Shown piece after piece: positions 1 to 8,715 of a stretch of DNA of 32,000 bases. Position 1 is the stretch's first letter; each line of letters opens with the position of its first letter. The stretch is from an uncultured Azospirillum sp. (lineage in GTDB: Bacteria > Pseudomonadota > Alphaproteobacteria > Rickettsiales > UBA3002): assembly GCA_964578965.1 (NCBI GenBank), contig CAZOFC010000002.1, forward strand, positions 4,572 to 36,571. Direction: 5' to 3'. The notes beneath the pieces were generated by a model. That model saw only the letters and a program-made list of their open reading frames with translations, did not search any database and was not told the DNA's origin. The translations under genes and the position numbers were made by a program.

Positions 1-12
1 GTCACCCGCTCG

Positions 13-1308
13 ATGGACTTGGCGGAACGTAAAGGCGTGAACGTGGTATTTAACCGCGCCACCAATGACCTCGGCCAGAGTGACACGGTAGCGAAGATTA
101 ACGAGCAGCTGAAGGCAGCGGATGTGCGGAAGCTGGCGGAGTGCATCCCCGATAAGGAGGTGAACACGCCGGAGTTTTACCCATGTCTGAATACGAAGAT
201 GCACCCCATCGCGCCGTTTCTGAAAGCAAATCAGGGGCGCTGGAAAGCTTACTCGCTGAACATTGCTAAAACGCTCAAGCGGCGCGGCATCACCATGCCC
301 ATCGTCGCTACGCGGGATTACCGGGTCGTGAACGGGATAGGTAGGTTACAGCACGGTGCTGAACTGGGGCTTGCACAGGTTCCTGTCGTGTTCGTTACCG
401 ACGAGGAAGGAAAACTGGCGGAAGCCATGCTGAATTACCTCTCGATGGATTTTGACATCCACCGTCGTTACGAAGATTTGCTGCGGCATAATTCGTTCCG
501 CCGCCTCCGGCAGGTTCGCAACAGCCTTGGCCGTGGTTTCATCTTCGCGGTTGCCGGTGATTCGACCGCTAAGGCATTCGACATGGATAATCAGGCGAAC
601 CGTGATCGCTGGATTAAACAGCATGGCCGGTGCGTGCTGGATTTCGGCGCAGGCCATTTGCATGAAACGCGCATCCTGCGGAAGCTGGGTATCAGCGTCA
701 CGCCGTTCGAGCCATACCGGGTGAATGATGGCGATGAGATTGATAAGGCAGAGAGCATCAAGCTCACCCGCGAGTTTCTGCACGCTATTGGCACGGACAA
801 GCTGCGCTGGTCGTCCATCTTCATATCCAGCGTGCTGAATAGCGTGCCGTTCCAAGCCGACCGGCAGCATATCGCCTGCATCTGCGCGGCGCTGGCGGAT
901 GATGCAACGCGGCTCTACGCAGTGGCATCGGCCAGCAACCATATCAACCTCAAGCAGCTGAGTGGTTACCATTCGCTGAATGAGCGGCAGTCCGGCGCGG
1001 TGCTGTTCAAGCTGGATTACGAGCCGGGTATCACGCTCGGTGACATCGCCACATCGCCAAAGGTGCAGAAGTATCATTCGCAGAAAGAGTTCTACGAATT
1101 GTTCAAAGAATTCTTTGCCAAGGTGCAGGTGAATGAAAGCAACAGTAACGTGCAAGCCGTATGCTCTAAGCCACTGGCTATCAATCCGAAAAGACTGAAA
1201 GCAGCTATCGCCTTTGAGTTCGACCTACCGTATCCTGACGGTAGCCGCATGGGGCTTGTGGAGGAAGCCATTACTGCCTTTGAACAACGGCTGGGAATGA
1301 AGTTATGA
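13..1308 (+). CDS. ParB/Srx-like domain fused to a class I SAM-dependent methyltransferase domain (possibly 5'-truncated by the window edge)
   Basis: 431-aa ORF; the frame is open back to nt 1. The segment VVNGIGRLQHGAELGLAQVPVVFV resembles the ParB/Srx core (DGxxR...LG...vPv) in degenerate form. A Rossmann motif I (VLDFGAGHL) is followed by an acidic beta-2 end (TPFEPY) and ISSVLNSVPF. No clear DPPY/NPPY motif. Confidence 0.6.
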   Translation: MDLAERKGVNVVFNRATNDLGQSDTVAKINEQLKAADVRKLAECIPDKEVNTPEFYPCLNTKMHPIAPFLKANQGRWKAYSLNIAKTLKRRGITMPIVATRDYRVVNGIGRLQHGAELGLAQVPVVFVTDEEGKLAEAMLNYLSMDFDIHRRYEDLLRHNSFRRLRQVRNSLGRGFIFAVAGDSTAKAFDMDNQANRDRWIKQHGRCVLDFGAGHLHETRILRKLGISVTPFEPYRVNDGDEIDKAESIKLTREFLHAIGTDKLRWSSIFISSVLNSVPFQADRQHIACICAALADDATRLYAVASASNHINLKQLSGYHSLNERQSGAVLFKLDYEPGITLGDIATSPKVQKYHSQKEFYELFKEFFAKVQVNESNSNVQAVCSKPLAINPKRLKAAIAFEFDLPYPDGSRMGLVEEAITAFEQRLGMKL

Positions 1309-1766
1309 TTATCTTGCTCGACCTGAATTACACGCTGGTAGCTAACAGCACGGAAAAGAAACGCCCGTTTGCCATGCAGATTCAGCATGAAAAATACCGC
1401 GAATGGCTGGTGAGTCTGGTTGCGCCATACCACACCATCCTGATGACAGCGCGGCCTGAAATGCACCGGCAGGCCACGCTCGATAGCATCTATTTCAAGG
1501 TGGGGTGGACTCCGCAGGAGGCGTTTTTCAACCGTTACCACAAGCCACCGCATGAGGCGAAACACATCATGCTGGAGCAGCATGTCTTTCCCAAGCATGG
1601 GAAGAACGCACAATACCTAGCGATTGAAAGCAATCCCCGCACGCACGCGATGTATGCGGAGTACGGCATTCCTTCGATAAAAATAGTCGAGAACGAACAA
1701 TGGACAGAACTGCCGATAACGCCATCCACATCCCGAAAGAGTGGACATTCGAGAACGCCTCGGTAG
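1305..1766 (+). CDS. HAD-superfamily-like hydrolase-fold protein with a variant motif I
   Basis: The N-terminal IILLDLNYTL resembles HAD motif I (DxDxT) with the second Asp replaced by Asn. LMTAR is a possible motif II. ATGA overlap with the upstream ORF. The last 67 nt overlap the next ORF. Confidence 0.4.
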   Translation: MIILLDLNYTLVANSTEKKRPFAMQIQHEKYREWLVSLVAPYHTILMTARPEMHRQATLDSIYFKVGWTPQEAFFNRYHKPPHEAKHIMLEQHVFPKHGKNAQYLAIESNPRTHAMYAEYGIPSIKIVENEQWTELPITPSTSRKSGHSRTPR

Positions 1767-2377
1767 CCAAAGGATTCAACCTGCATGTGCGTGAGCAGTT
1801 GCCTTGGTACGATCTGGTTACCGGCGCGGTGGCGCATATCGCACGTCATTACATCCCGCAAGGTGGGCTGGTCTATGACATCGGTGCATCCACCGGCAAT
1901 ATAGGCCGTTCACTGGAAGCTGCCCTCGCGCAACGGCAAGCACGGCTGGTGCCGATTGAGCCAAGCGCGGAAATGTGCGCCCGGTATGATGGTCCCGGCA
2001 AGGAGAACCTCATCCAGATGGATGCCTGCCGCTATGACTTTGAGCCGTTCGATGTAGCCATTTGCTATTTGGTGATGATGTTCATGCCGGTGGGTGCGCG
2101 TGCCGCATTCATCACCAAGTTGAAGGCCGCACTAAAGCCCGGTGGAGCCATCATCATCGTGGACAAATGCCAAGCGGCCACTGGCTATCAGGCAACCGTC
2201 CTGTGGCGGCTGACGCTGGCTGGCAAAGTGGCTGCCGGGGTGGAAGCAGAACAAATCATTGCCAAAGAACTGTCACTCGGAGGGGTGCAGCGACCGCTTG
2301 ACCCTGCGATGCTGGGTGATGATGCCGCAGAATGGTTTCGATTCGGAGAGTTTGCAGGATGGGTCATCACGTCATGA
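1700..2377 (+). CDS. CmoA-like class I SAM-dependent methyltransferase-fold protein (carboxy-SAM synthase family-like)
   Basis: KEWTFENASVAKGFNLHVREQLPWYDLV ... VYDIGASTGN ... PGGAIIIVDK parallels my memory of E. coli CmoA ([27 protein letters not shown] ... VYDLGCSLGA ... PGGALVLSEK). The length (225 aa) is also similar. Confidence 0.6.
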   Translation: MDRTADNAIHIPKEWTFENASVAKGFNLHVREQLPWYDLVTGAVAHIARHYIPQGGLVYDIGASTGNIGRSLEAALAQRQARLVPIEPSAEMCARYDGPGKENLIQMDACRYDFEPFDVAICYLVMMFMPVGARAAFITKLKAALKPGGAIIIVDKCQAATGYQATVLWRLTLAGKVAAGVEAEQIIAKELSLGGVQRPLDPAMLGDDAAEWFRFGEFAGWVITS

Positions 2378-2389
2378 CAGGAATTCCTT

Positions 2390-2989
2390 ATGCAGATTCT
2401 CCACAAAGTCGCCGTGATCGCACGGTTTTTGAACCTGACCGAGCGACGAGTGCAGCAGCTGGCGCGGGATGGAATCATCCCCAAACCAGAGAAAGGCAAA
2501 TACGACCTGGTACGCTGCGTTCAGCAGTATGTGCAATATCTGCAAGACCGCGCCTACGGGAGCGGCGTTTCCGCGCAGGATACGCACCACGAACGCGCAC
2601 GCCTGATTAAAGCGCAGGCAGACAAAACAGAATTGGAAGTGGCCACCATGCGTAACCAGCTGGTGGCGATTGAATCCGTGGAAACCGATTGGCTCCAGCA
2701 TATCAGCGCCTGCCGGATGCGGCTTTTGGCGCTGCCGACCAAAACTGCCTTTCAGATCGCCGTGATGCAGGAACCCGCCGCAATCGAGCGGTTCCTAAAA
2801 CACAGCATTTATGAGGCGCTAACCGAACTCGCCAAAGATGATGACGCAACCGACACTGTATCAGAAGCTGCGGCGGAAGGCGGCGCTCGCGTGGATGCCG
2901 CCCCCGGAATTGACGGTGAGCCAGTGGGCAGACATGCACCGAAAACTAAGCCCGGAGGCAAGCGCCGAACCCGGAAGGTGGAGGACTGA
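2390..2989 (+). CDS. terS: Terminase small subunit, Nu1-like (N-terminal winged HTH)
   Basis: The N-terminus KVAVIARFLNLTERRVQQLARDGIIPKPEKGKYDL is typical of Nu1-type small terminases. It lies immediately upstream of, and overlaps, the GpA-type large terminase. The C-terminal 50 aa are low-complexity and overlap terL. Confidence 0.75.
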   Translation: MQILHKVAVIARFLNLTERRVQQLARDGIIPKPEKGKYDLVRCVQQYVQYLQDRAYGSGVSAQDTHHERARLIKAQADKTELEVATMRNQLVAIESVETDWLQHISACRMRLLALPTKTAFQIAVMQEPAAIERFLKHSIYEALTELAKDDDATDTVSEAAAEGGARVDAAPGIDGEPVGRHAPKTKPGGKRRTRKVED

Positions 2990-4664
2990 CCGCGCCCCGT
3001 ATCAACGGGGCATGATGGATGCTGTGAATGAACCCGGTGTGCGCGAGGTGGTGTTTATGACCTCGGCGCAGATTGGGAAAACCGAGATTCTTAACAACAT
3101 TCTCGCATACTTCATTCATCAAGACCCATCGCCCATCCTGTTTATCCAGCCAACGCTGGAAATGTCGGAGGCATGGAGCAAAGACCGCCTCGCACCGATG
3201 ATTCGAGATACAGAGGCGCTGGGCAATCTGTTTAAGGATTCCAAGACCCGCAACAGCGACAACACACTGCTGCATAAGAAATTTACTGGCGGTCACCTGA
3301 CGATGGCGGGAGCAAACAGCCCTTCGTCGCTGGCAAGCAGGCCTATCCGCATCGTGCTGTTGGATGAGGAAGATCGTTACCCATCCTCAGCCGGTGCGGA
3401 AGGCGACCCCGGTTCGCTGGCGCAGAAACGCACCACGACTTTCTGGAATCGGCTGCTGGTGTCGGCCAGCACGCCGACCATCGAGGGCGAAAGCAAGATT
3501 GATGCACGGTATCAGCAAAGCGACATGCGCCGCTTTCATGTGCCATGCCCGCATTGCAAAAAATTTCAGGTGCTGTGCTGGGCGCAACTGAAGTTCGATA
3601 AGGCCAAGCCGGAAGCGGCGTATTACGAGTGCGAGCATTGCCAAGCCAAGCTGGGCGAAAGCGATAAGCAATGGATGCTGGCGCGTGGCGAATGGTGGGC
3701 ATCTGCCCCGTTTAACGGCGTTGCGGGCTTCCATATCTCGGAGCTTTACAGCCCGTGGGTGCGCTGGTCGGAAATGGTGACAGGTTTCCTAAAGGCCAAG
3801 CGCCTGCCGGAAACGCTGAAGGTGTGGGTCAATACCAGCCTTGGCGAAACATGGAAGGAAGCGAGCGAAGGCATCGACGCATCCGGCCTGCTAGGGCGCA
3901 AGGAAAATTGGGGACGTGTCGCGCCTGCCGGTGTGGTGGTCATCACCGCTGGGGTGGACGTGCAAGGCGACCGGCTGGAAGCGGAAGTAATCGGCTGGGG
4001 CGTGGGTCAGGAAAGCTGGTCGCTGCAATACCATGTCATCCACGGCGACCCAGCGCAGAACAAAGTATGGGAAGACCTCGACAAAGTGCTGGGGCAGACC
4101 ATACCGCGTGCCGATGGCGGCACGTTATCGGTGCTGGCGGCGTGCGTGGATACGGGCGGTCATCACACGCAGAAAGTCTATGAATTCTGTAAACGCCGGG
4201 AACATGCGCGGGTGTATGCGATCAAAGGCGCATCCACGGCAGGCAAGCCGCTGGTGAGCAAATTCAGCAAGGCCAACAAGCTGCGCGTGAAGCTGTTCAC
4301 CCTCGGTACGGATACGGCCAAGCAGATGATTTACTCGCGGCTGAAAATCCACCAGCCGGGTCCGGGCTATTGCCATTTCCCGGCTGACTACCCGGAGGAA
4401 TACTTCCAGCAGCTCACCGCCGAGCGGATTCAGACCAAGTTTATCAACGGCCACCCGACGCGGGTGTGGGTGATGCCGAAAGGAAAACGCAACGAGGCGC
4501 TGGATTGCCGTGTGTACGGGCTGGCCGCACTTCACATCCTGAACCCGAATCTGGATGCGCTGCGGAGCGAACAGGAACGGCAGAACCTGAAGAAACAAGA
4601 AGCCGAGCCACCGGCCACCACGACCGAGGGCTGGATTGGCTACGACGATTGGAACTTTAACTGA
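2838..4664 (+). CDS. terL: Terminase large subunit, lambda GpA family
   Basis: 608 aa. Collinear by eye with lambda gpA: SQWADMHRKL.. / AVEWADANYYL; Walker A-like SAQIGKTE; HVPCPHC..YYECEHC zinc-ribbon-like pair matching lambda HVACPHCG...YLCEHN; VNTSLGETW; IKGAS..GKP; NEALDCRVYGLAAL. Confidence 0.95.
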   Translation: MMTQPTLYQKLRRKAALAWMPPPELTVSQWADMHRKLSPEASAEPGRWRTDRAPYQRGMMDAVNEPGVREVVFMTSAQIGKTEILNNILAYFIHQDPSPILFIQPTLEMSEAWSKDRLAPMIRDTEALGNLFKDSKTRNSDNTLLHKKFTGGHLTMAGANSPSSLASRPIRIVLLDEEDRYPSSAGAEGDPGSLAQKRTTTFWNRLLVSASTPTIEGESKIDARYQQSDMRRFHVPCPHCKKFQVLCWAQLKFDKAKPEAAYYECEHCQAKLGESDKQWMLARGEWWASAPFNGVAGFHISELYSPWVRWSEMVTGFLKAKRLPETLKVWVNTSLGETWKEASEGIDASGLLGRKENWGRVAPAGVVVITAGVDVQGDRLEAEVIGWGVGQESWSLQYHVIHGDPAQNKVWEDLDKVLGQTIPRADGGTLSVLAACVDTGGHHTQKVYEFCKRREHARVYAIKGASTAGKPLVSKFSKANKLRVKLFTLGTDTAKQMIYSRLKIHQPGPGYCHFPADYPEEYFQQLTAERIQTKFINGHPTRVWVMPKGKRNEALDCRVYGLAALHILNPNLDALRSEQERQNLKKQEAEPPATTTEGWIGYDDWNFN

Positions 4665-4675
4665 AGGATTCAAAC

Positions 4676-4900
4676 ATGGCACTGACATTACAGCAGGCGC
4701 AAACCGCGCTCGATGCGTGGATTGCGGCGGATTTAGCCGTGGCCAAAGGCCAAAGCTATTCCATGAACGGTCGAAGCCTGACCCTCGCCAATACGCGGGA
4801 AATACGGGAGCAGATTCAATACTGGGAGCGCCGCGTTGCCACCCTTGAATCAGCGAATCAAAACCAACAAGCAGCCTTAGCGGATTTCAGCGATGACTAA
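4676..4900 (+). CDS. gpW-like head-tail joining (head completion) protein
   Basis: 74-aa ORF in the lambda W position between terL and portal. The pattern (L..A..AL.....G....Y...GR....A......I.YWE..V) fits the gpW family. Confidence 0.7.
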   Translation: MALTLQQAQTALDAWIAADLAVAKGQSYSMNGRSLTLANTREIREQIQYWERRVATLESANQNQQAALADFSDD

Positions 4901-6434
4901 CTTATTCGACAAAACCATAGAGATATTCTCGCCTGAAGCTGCGCTTCGACGGGAAACCGCCCGGTGGATTCTGAAGCACCAGCGTGCCTATGAAGCAGCC
5001 CAGCCCTCGCGCCTGCGGAAGATTAAAACCGACCCCGGCAGCGGTGATGCGGTGGTGGAACGCGCCGGGGAATCGCTGCGCCTGCAAGCTCGCTTTCTCG
5101 ATGAAAATCACGACCTCGCACGCGGCGTGCTTAACTGCCTCGTCAATAATGTCATCGGGCGCGGCATTACGGTGGAACCGCAAGTAAAACTGGCCACCGG
5201 CGAACTCGCCAAAGCGATCAACGACCAGCTGCTTGATCTGTGGGACGAATGGATTTGCGTGCCGGAGGTAACGTGGGAATTGCACTGGAACCAAATGCTA
5301 CGCCTGCTGGCGCGGTGCTGGTTCCGCGATGGTGAAGTGCTTGTGAAACATATCGAAGGCACTAATGCCGCCCTCGATCATGGAACCGCCGTGCCGTACT
5401 CGCTGGAATTGATTGAAGCGGATTATCTGCCCTTCGATTACACCGACGACAAAAAGCGCATCATTCACGGAGTAGAGAAAAACGCATGGCGCAGGCCGCG
5501 TGCGTATTACCTCTATAAGGAACATCCCGGCGATAAACACAGCTTTGTCACCCGGCAGGATACCAAACGCTATCCGGCAGAGAAAATCATCCACCTGAAG
5601 ATTACCGACCGCATCGCGCAGACACGCGGCGTTTCCATCTTCGCCAGCGTGATGACGCGCATGGAGGATATTAAGGATTATGAACTTTCCGAGCGATTAG
5701 CGGCGAAGGTTGCGGCCAGTATTTGCGCCTATGTGCGGAAAAACCTTGATGCCCCCACCAATCCGCAAAGCGTCGATGCGGCGGGTAACCGCCTGCTGAA
5801 AATGCAGCCGGGGATGATTTTCGATAACCTGCTGCCCGGTGAGGAAATCGGGATGATTGATAGCAATCGCCCCAATGCCATGCTGGAGCAATTCCGAAAT
5901 AGCCAGCTGCGTGCGGTCGCTGCCGGAACCAGCACCAGCTATTCCAGCATATCGAAGGATTACAACGGCACTTACAGCGCCCAGCGTCAGGAACTGGTGG
6001 AGCAATCCGTCCATTACGGCGTGCTGCGCGACCATTTTATCGAACGCTGCGTGCGCCCGATATGGGAACGCTTCGTGGATATGGCGGTGCTGTCGGGCAA
6101 GCTGGAACTGCCTGAAGGCAGCATCAATCCCCGCACCCTGTGGAACGCAGGGTTTCAGGGACCAACGATGCCGTGGATTGACCCGAAAAAGGAAGGCGAA
6201 GCCGAGCAGCTGGCCGTATCCGCCGGATTCAAATCACGGTCGCAGGTTATCCGCGAGCGCGGTGGCAATCCGCAGGATGTGTTCGAGCAAATCAAGCAAG
6301 AACGCGCACAGGAAGAAGAAGCAGGCCTGACCTTCACCAGCAGCGCCAGCAAGCCTGTGGCGGCAACCAAAACACCCGAAAAAGAAGGAGAACCCGATGA
6401 CGACGAACCCGGAAATACTGACACGAACGCTTGA
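4893..6434 (+). CDS. Portal protein, lambda family
   Basis: 513 aa, positioned after gpW. Length and acidic C-terminal tail are typical of lambda-B-like portals. 8-nt overlap with the gpW-like gene. Confidence 0.9.
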   Translation: MTNLFDKTIEIFSPEAALRRETARWILKHQRAYEAAQPSRLRKIKTDPGSGDAVVERAGESLRLQARFLDENHDLARGVLNCLVNNVIGRGITVEPQVKLATGELAKAINDQLLDLWDEWICVPEVTWELHWNQMLRLLARCWFRDGEVLVKHIEGTNAALDHGTAVPYSLELIEADYLPFDYTDDKKRIIHGVEKNAWRRPRAYYLYKEHPGDKHSFVTRQDTKRYPAEKIIHLKITDRIAQTRGVSIFASVMTRMEDIKDYELSERLAAKVAASICAYVRKNLDAPTNPQSVDAAGNRLLKMQPGMIFDNLLPGEEIGMIDSNRPNAMLEQFRNSQLRAVAAGTSTSYSSISKDYNGTYSAQRQELVEQSVHYGVLRDHFIERCVRPIWERFVDMAVLSGKLELPEGSINPRTLWNAGFQGPTMPWIDPKKEGEAEQLAVSAGFKSRSQVIRERGGNPQDVFEQIKQERAQEEEAGLTFTSSASKPVAATKTPEKEGEPDDDEPGNTDTNA

Positions 6435-8313
6435 GCTAACCTCCCGCTCCATCGTTGACGCTGAAAGCCGCCTTGTGCGGCTTTCTTTTTCTTCGGAGGA
6501 ACCTGTCACCCGGCAGAGCTTTTTCAGCGATGCGTGGGTGGAGGTGCTGGGTCATGACGATGGCGAAGTGGATCTGGAGCGGCTGAATAACAGCGCCCCG
6601 GTGCTTTACAACCATGACCGCAGCGAAGGCGCTAACCGCATTGGCGTGGTGGAACGCGCATGGCTGGAGAATGGCCGTGGTTACGCGGAAATCCGCCTGA
6701 GCCGCCGTGCTGAAGTGGAAGGCCTGTGGCAGGACGTGCGCGATGGCATCCTCCGCAACGTGTCGGTGGCCTACCGCATTAACGAGCGCAAACTCACCGA
6801 AGAACACAAAGATAAACCAGACGTTTACCGCGTTGTCCGTTGGACACCGATGGAAATCTCGCTGGTCGATATTCCCGCTGATCCCACCGTTGGGGTTGGC
6901 CGGAAACTGGAGGCCGAAATCCTCCAGCCTCAACCCCAACCAACCCAAAAGGAGAACCAAATGCCTGAACCCGTAAAAGAACCGCAAGCCCGCACCGAAC
7001 CCGATATGGAAACGGTGCGCGGTGATGCGATGGCCGAAGGTGCAAAGCGTGCGCTGGAGGATGAAAAGAAACGCCGTGGCGATATTCGCGCCCTGTTTGC
7101 CAACCACCCCGACCATGACAAGGTGCGCGATGCGTGCCTCGATAACCCGGAAGTGGATGTGAACGAGGCGCGTAAGCAGCTGCTCGATGCCATTGGCAAG
7201 CGCGAGGAGCCGGTTGCGTCTGGGCAACGTATCGAAATGGGACAGACCGAGGTGGAGAAATTTGCCCGTGCTGCCGAGGATGCGGTTGCCTTCCGTGCCG
7301 GTATCGCTGGCAAAGACAGCGAGCCTTCCGAATTCCGGGGCTATACGTTGCTGGAGTTGGCGCGTAAATCCTTGGAAGTGCGCGGCGTGCGCGTGCATGG
7401 GCTGGATAAGCGCGAATTGGTAGCGCGTGCATTCACCCATTCCAGCAGCGACTTCCCCAAAATCTTGGAGAACAATGCCCGTAAAGCCATGCTGCGCGGG
7501 TATAGTGAGGCTGAGGAAGTCTTCGAGCAATTCACCCGTGTCGGTAACCTGTCCGATTTCAAAACGCACAGCCGCGTTGGTTTGGGCGTGTTTGAAACAC
7601 TGGATAAGATTCCCGAAGGCGGTGAATACAAGCACGGCACGATTGATGAACGTGGGGAAACCATCCAGCTGGCCACCTACGGCAAGCTGTTTGCCATCAC
7701 CCGCCAAGCCATCATCAATGATGACCTGACCGCTTTCACCGATATTCCGCGCAAGATGGGACGTGCCGCGTCACGCACCGTCGGGGATATTGTGTGGAAG
7801 GTGCTGACCGGCAACCCCACCATGTCGGACGGTGTGACGCTGTTCCATACGGCCACGCATAAAAACCTTGCCGCCTCCGGCACGGTAATTAACGCGGCCA
7901 ATGTGGGTGCGGCGCGTACCGCCATGCGTAAACAGAAGGATGGTGCGGCAACCCTCAATATCCGTCCGCAATATCTTTTGGTGCCTGCGGCGCTGGAGGA
8001 TACGGCACGGGTGCTGATGGCATCGGAAACCGACCCGGCTTCCACCAACAGCCGCGTGCCGAACCCGGTGCGTGGTTCGCTGGAAATCATCGTGGATGCG
8101 CGTTTAGATGAGGCATCGGCTACCGCATGGTATCTGACCGCCGACCCGAACCTGTTCGACACGATTGAGGTTGGTTACCTCGATGGCGTTGCCGCTCCGT
8201 TCCTCGACCAGCAGGACGGCTGGACGGTGGATGGTGTGGAATACAAGGTTCGCATCGACGCAGCCGCAGCGCCGCTCGAATACCGCACCATGTATAAAAA
8301 CCCCGGCGCGTAA
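6397..8313 (+). CDS. Prohead protease / scaffold-like linker / major capsid protein fusion
   Basis: 638 aa in three parts. The N-terminal ~170 aa look like a prohead serine protease (RLSFSSEEPV..R...., LYNHD, ISLVDIPADP). The middle is a charged Glu/Lys/Arg-rich helical stretch. The C-terminal ~330 aa are capsid-like (ATYGKLFAITRQAIINDDL...). No separate scaffold or capsid ORF follows. Confidence 0.8.
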   Translation: MTTNPEILTRTLELTSRSIVDAESRLVRLSFSSEEPVTRQSFFSDAWVEVLGHDDGEVDLERLNNSAPVLYNHDRSEGANRIGVVERAWLENGRGYAEIRLSRRAEVEGLWQDVRDGILRNVSVAYRINERKLTEEHKDKPDVYRVVRWTPMEISLVDIPADPTVGVGRKLEAEILQPQPQPTQKENQMPEPVKEPQARTEPDMETVRGDAMAEGAKRALEDEKKRRGDIRALFANHPDHDKVRDACLDNPEVDVNEARKQLLDAIGKREEPVASGQRIEMGQTEVEKFARAAEDAVAFRAGIAGKDSEPSEFRGYTLLELARKSLEVRGVRVHGLDKRELVARAFTHSSSDFPKILENNARKAMLRGYSEAEEVFEQFTRVGNLSDFKTHSRVGLGVFETLDKIPEGGEYKHGTIDERGETIQLATYGKLFAITRQAIINDDLTAFTDIPRKMGRAASRTVGDIVWKVLTGNPTMSDGVTLFHTATHKNLAASGTVINAANVGAARTAMRKQKDGAATLNIRPQYLLVPAALEDTARVLMASETDPASTNSRVPNPVRGSLEIIVDARLDEASATAWYLTADPNLFDTIEVGYLDGVAAPFLDQQDGWTVDGVEYKVRIDAAAAPLEYRTMYKNPGA

Positions 8314-8336
8314 ACCACCTAAAGACCAAAGCAACC

Positions 8337-8359
8337 AGCGGCTTCAAGCCGCTTTTTTT
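8337..8359 (+). terminator. Rho-independent terminator after the capsid gene
   Basis: AGCGGC-TTCAA-GCCGCT hairpin followed by a T7 run, 24 nt after the capsid stop codon. Confidence 0.7.
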
Positions 8360-8385
8360 ATGCCTGTAACAAAGGAGAAATCACT

Positions 8386-8715
8386 ATGGCTAAAAACTTC
8401 ATCCATGAGGGCGATGTCCTCAATTACACCGCCGGAGCGAATATCGCCTCCGGCCAATTCGTGCTGATTGGCGCGATTGGTGGCGTGGCAATCGCTGCTA
8501 TCGCCAACGGTGCGACGGGCGCTGTGCGCGTCAAAGGCGTGTTCAGCATCCCGAAAGCCAGCGGCGCGGTTACCCAAGGAGCCAAGCTCTATTGGGATGC
8601 CACCAACTCTGTGCTTACGACAACCGCATCCGGCAATACCATTGTCGGCGTGGCGGCGGCAGCAGCGCAGAGCGGCGACGCAACGGTGCAAGTCCTCCTG
8701 AATGTTGGGCTTTAA
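8386..8715 (+). CDS. DUF2190-type protein (capsid decoration/cement-like)
   Basis: 109 aa. G.V..GVF...K......G..LYWD pattern and Ala/Gly-rich composition as I remember DUF2190. Located directly after the major capsid. Strong AAAGGAGAAA RBS. Confidence 0.7.
   Translation: MAKNFIHEGDVLNYTAGANIASGQFVLIGAIGGVAIAAIANGATGAVRVKGVFSIPKASGAVTQGAKLYWDATNSVLTTTASGNTIVGVAAAAAQSGDATVQVLLNVGL

Noticed and set aside
2377-2390. Expected cos site upstream of the Nu1-like terS
   Set aside because: The intergenic gap is only 12 nt and no obvious cosN-like dyad or R-site repeats were seen nearby. cos may lie upstream of the window or inside the accessory genes. This cannot be called from sequence alone.
6436-7707. 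Long antisense ORF (423 aa) opposite the protease-capsid gene, plus similar ones at 346..1155, 4125..4688, 10301..11011, 12133..12897 and 15280..16377
   Set aside because: These look like the stop-poor shadow frames typical of GC-rich coding DNA. Their translations are Arg/Ala/Gly/His-rich low-complexity with no recognisable motifs. Each lies fully inside a well-supported + strand phage gene.
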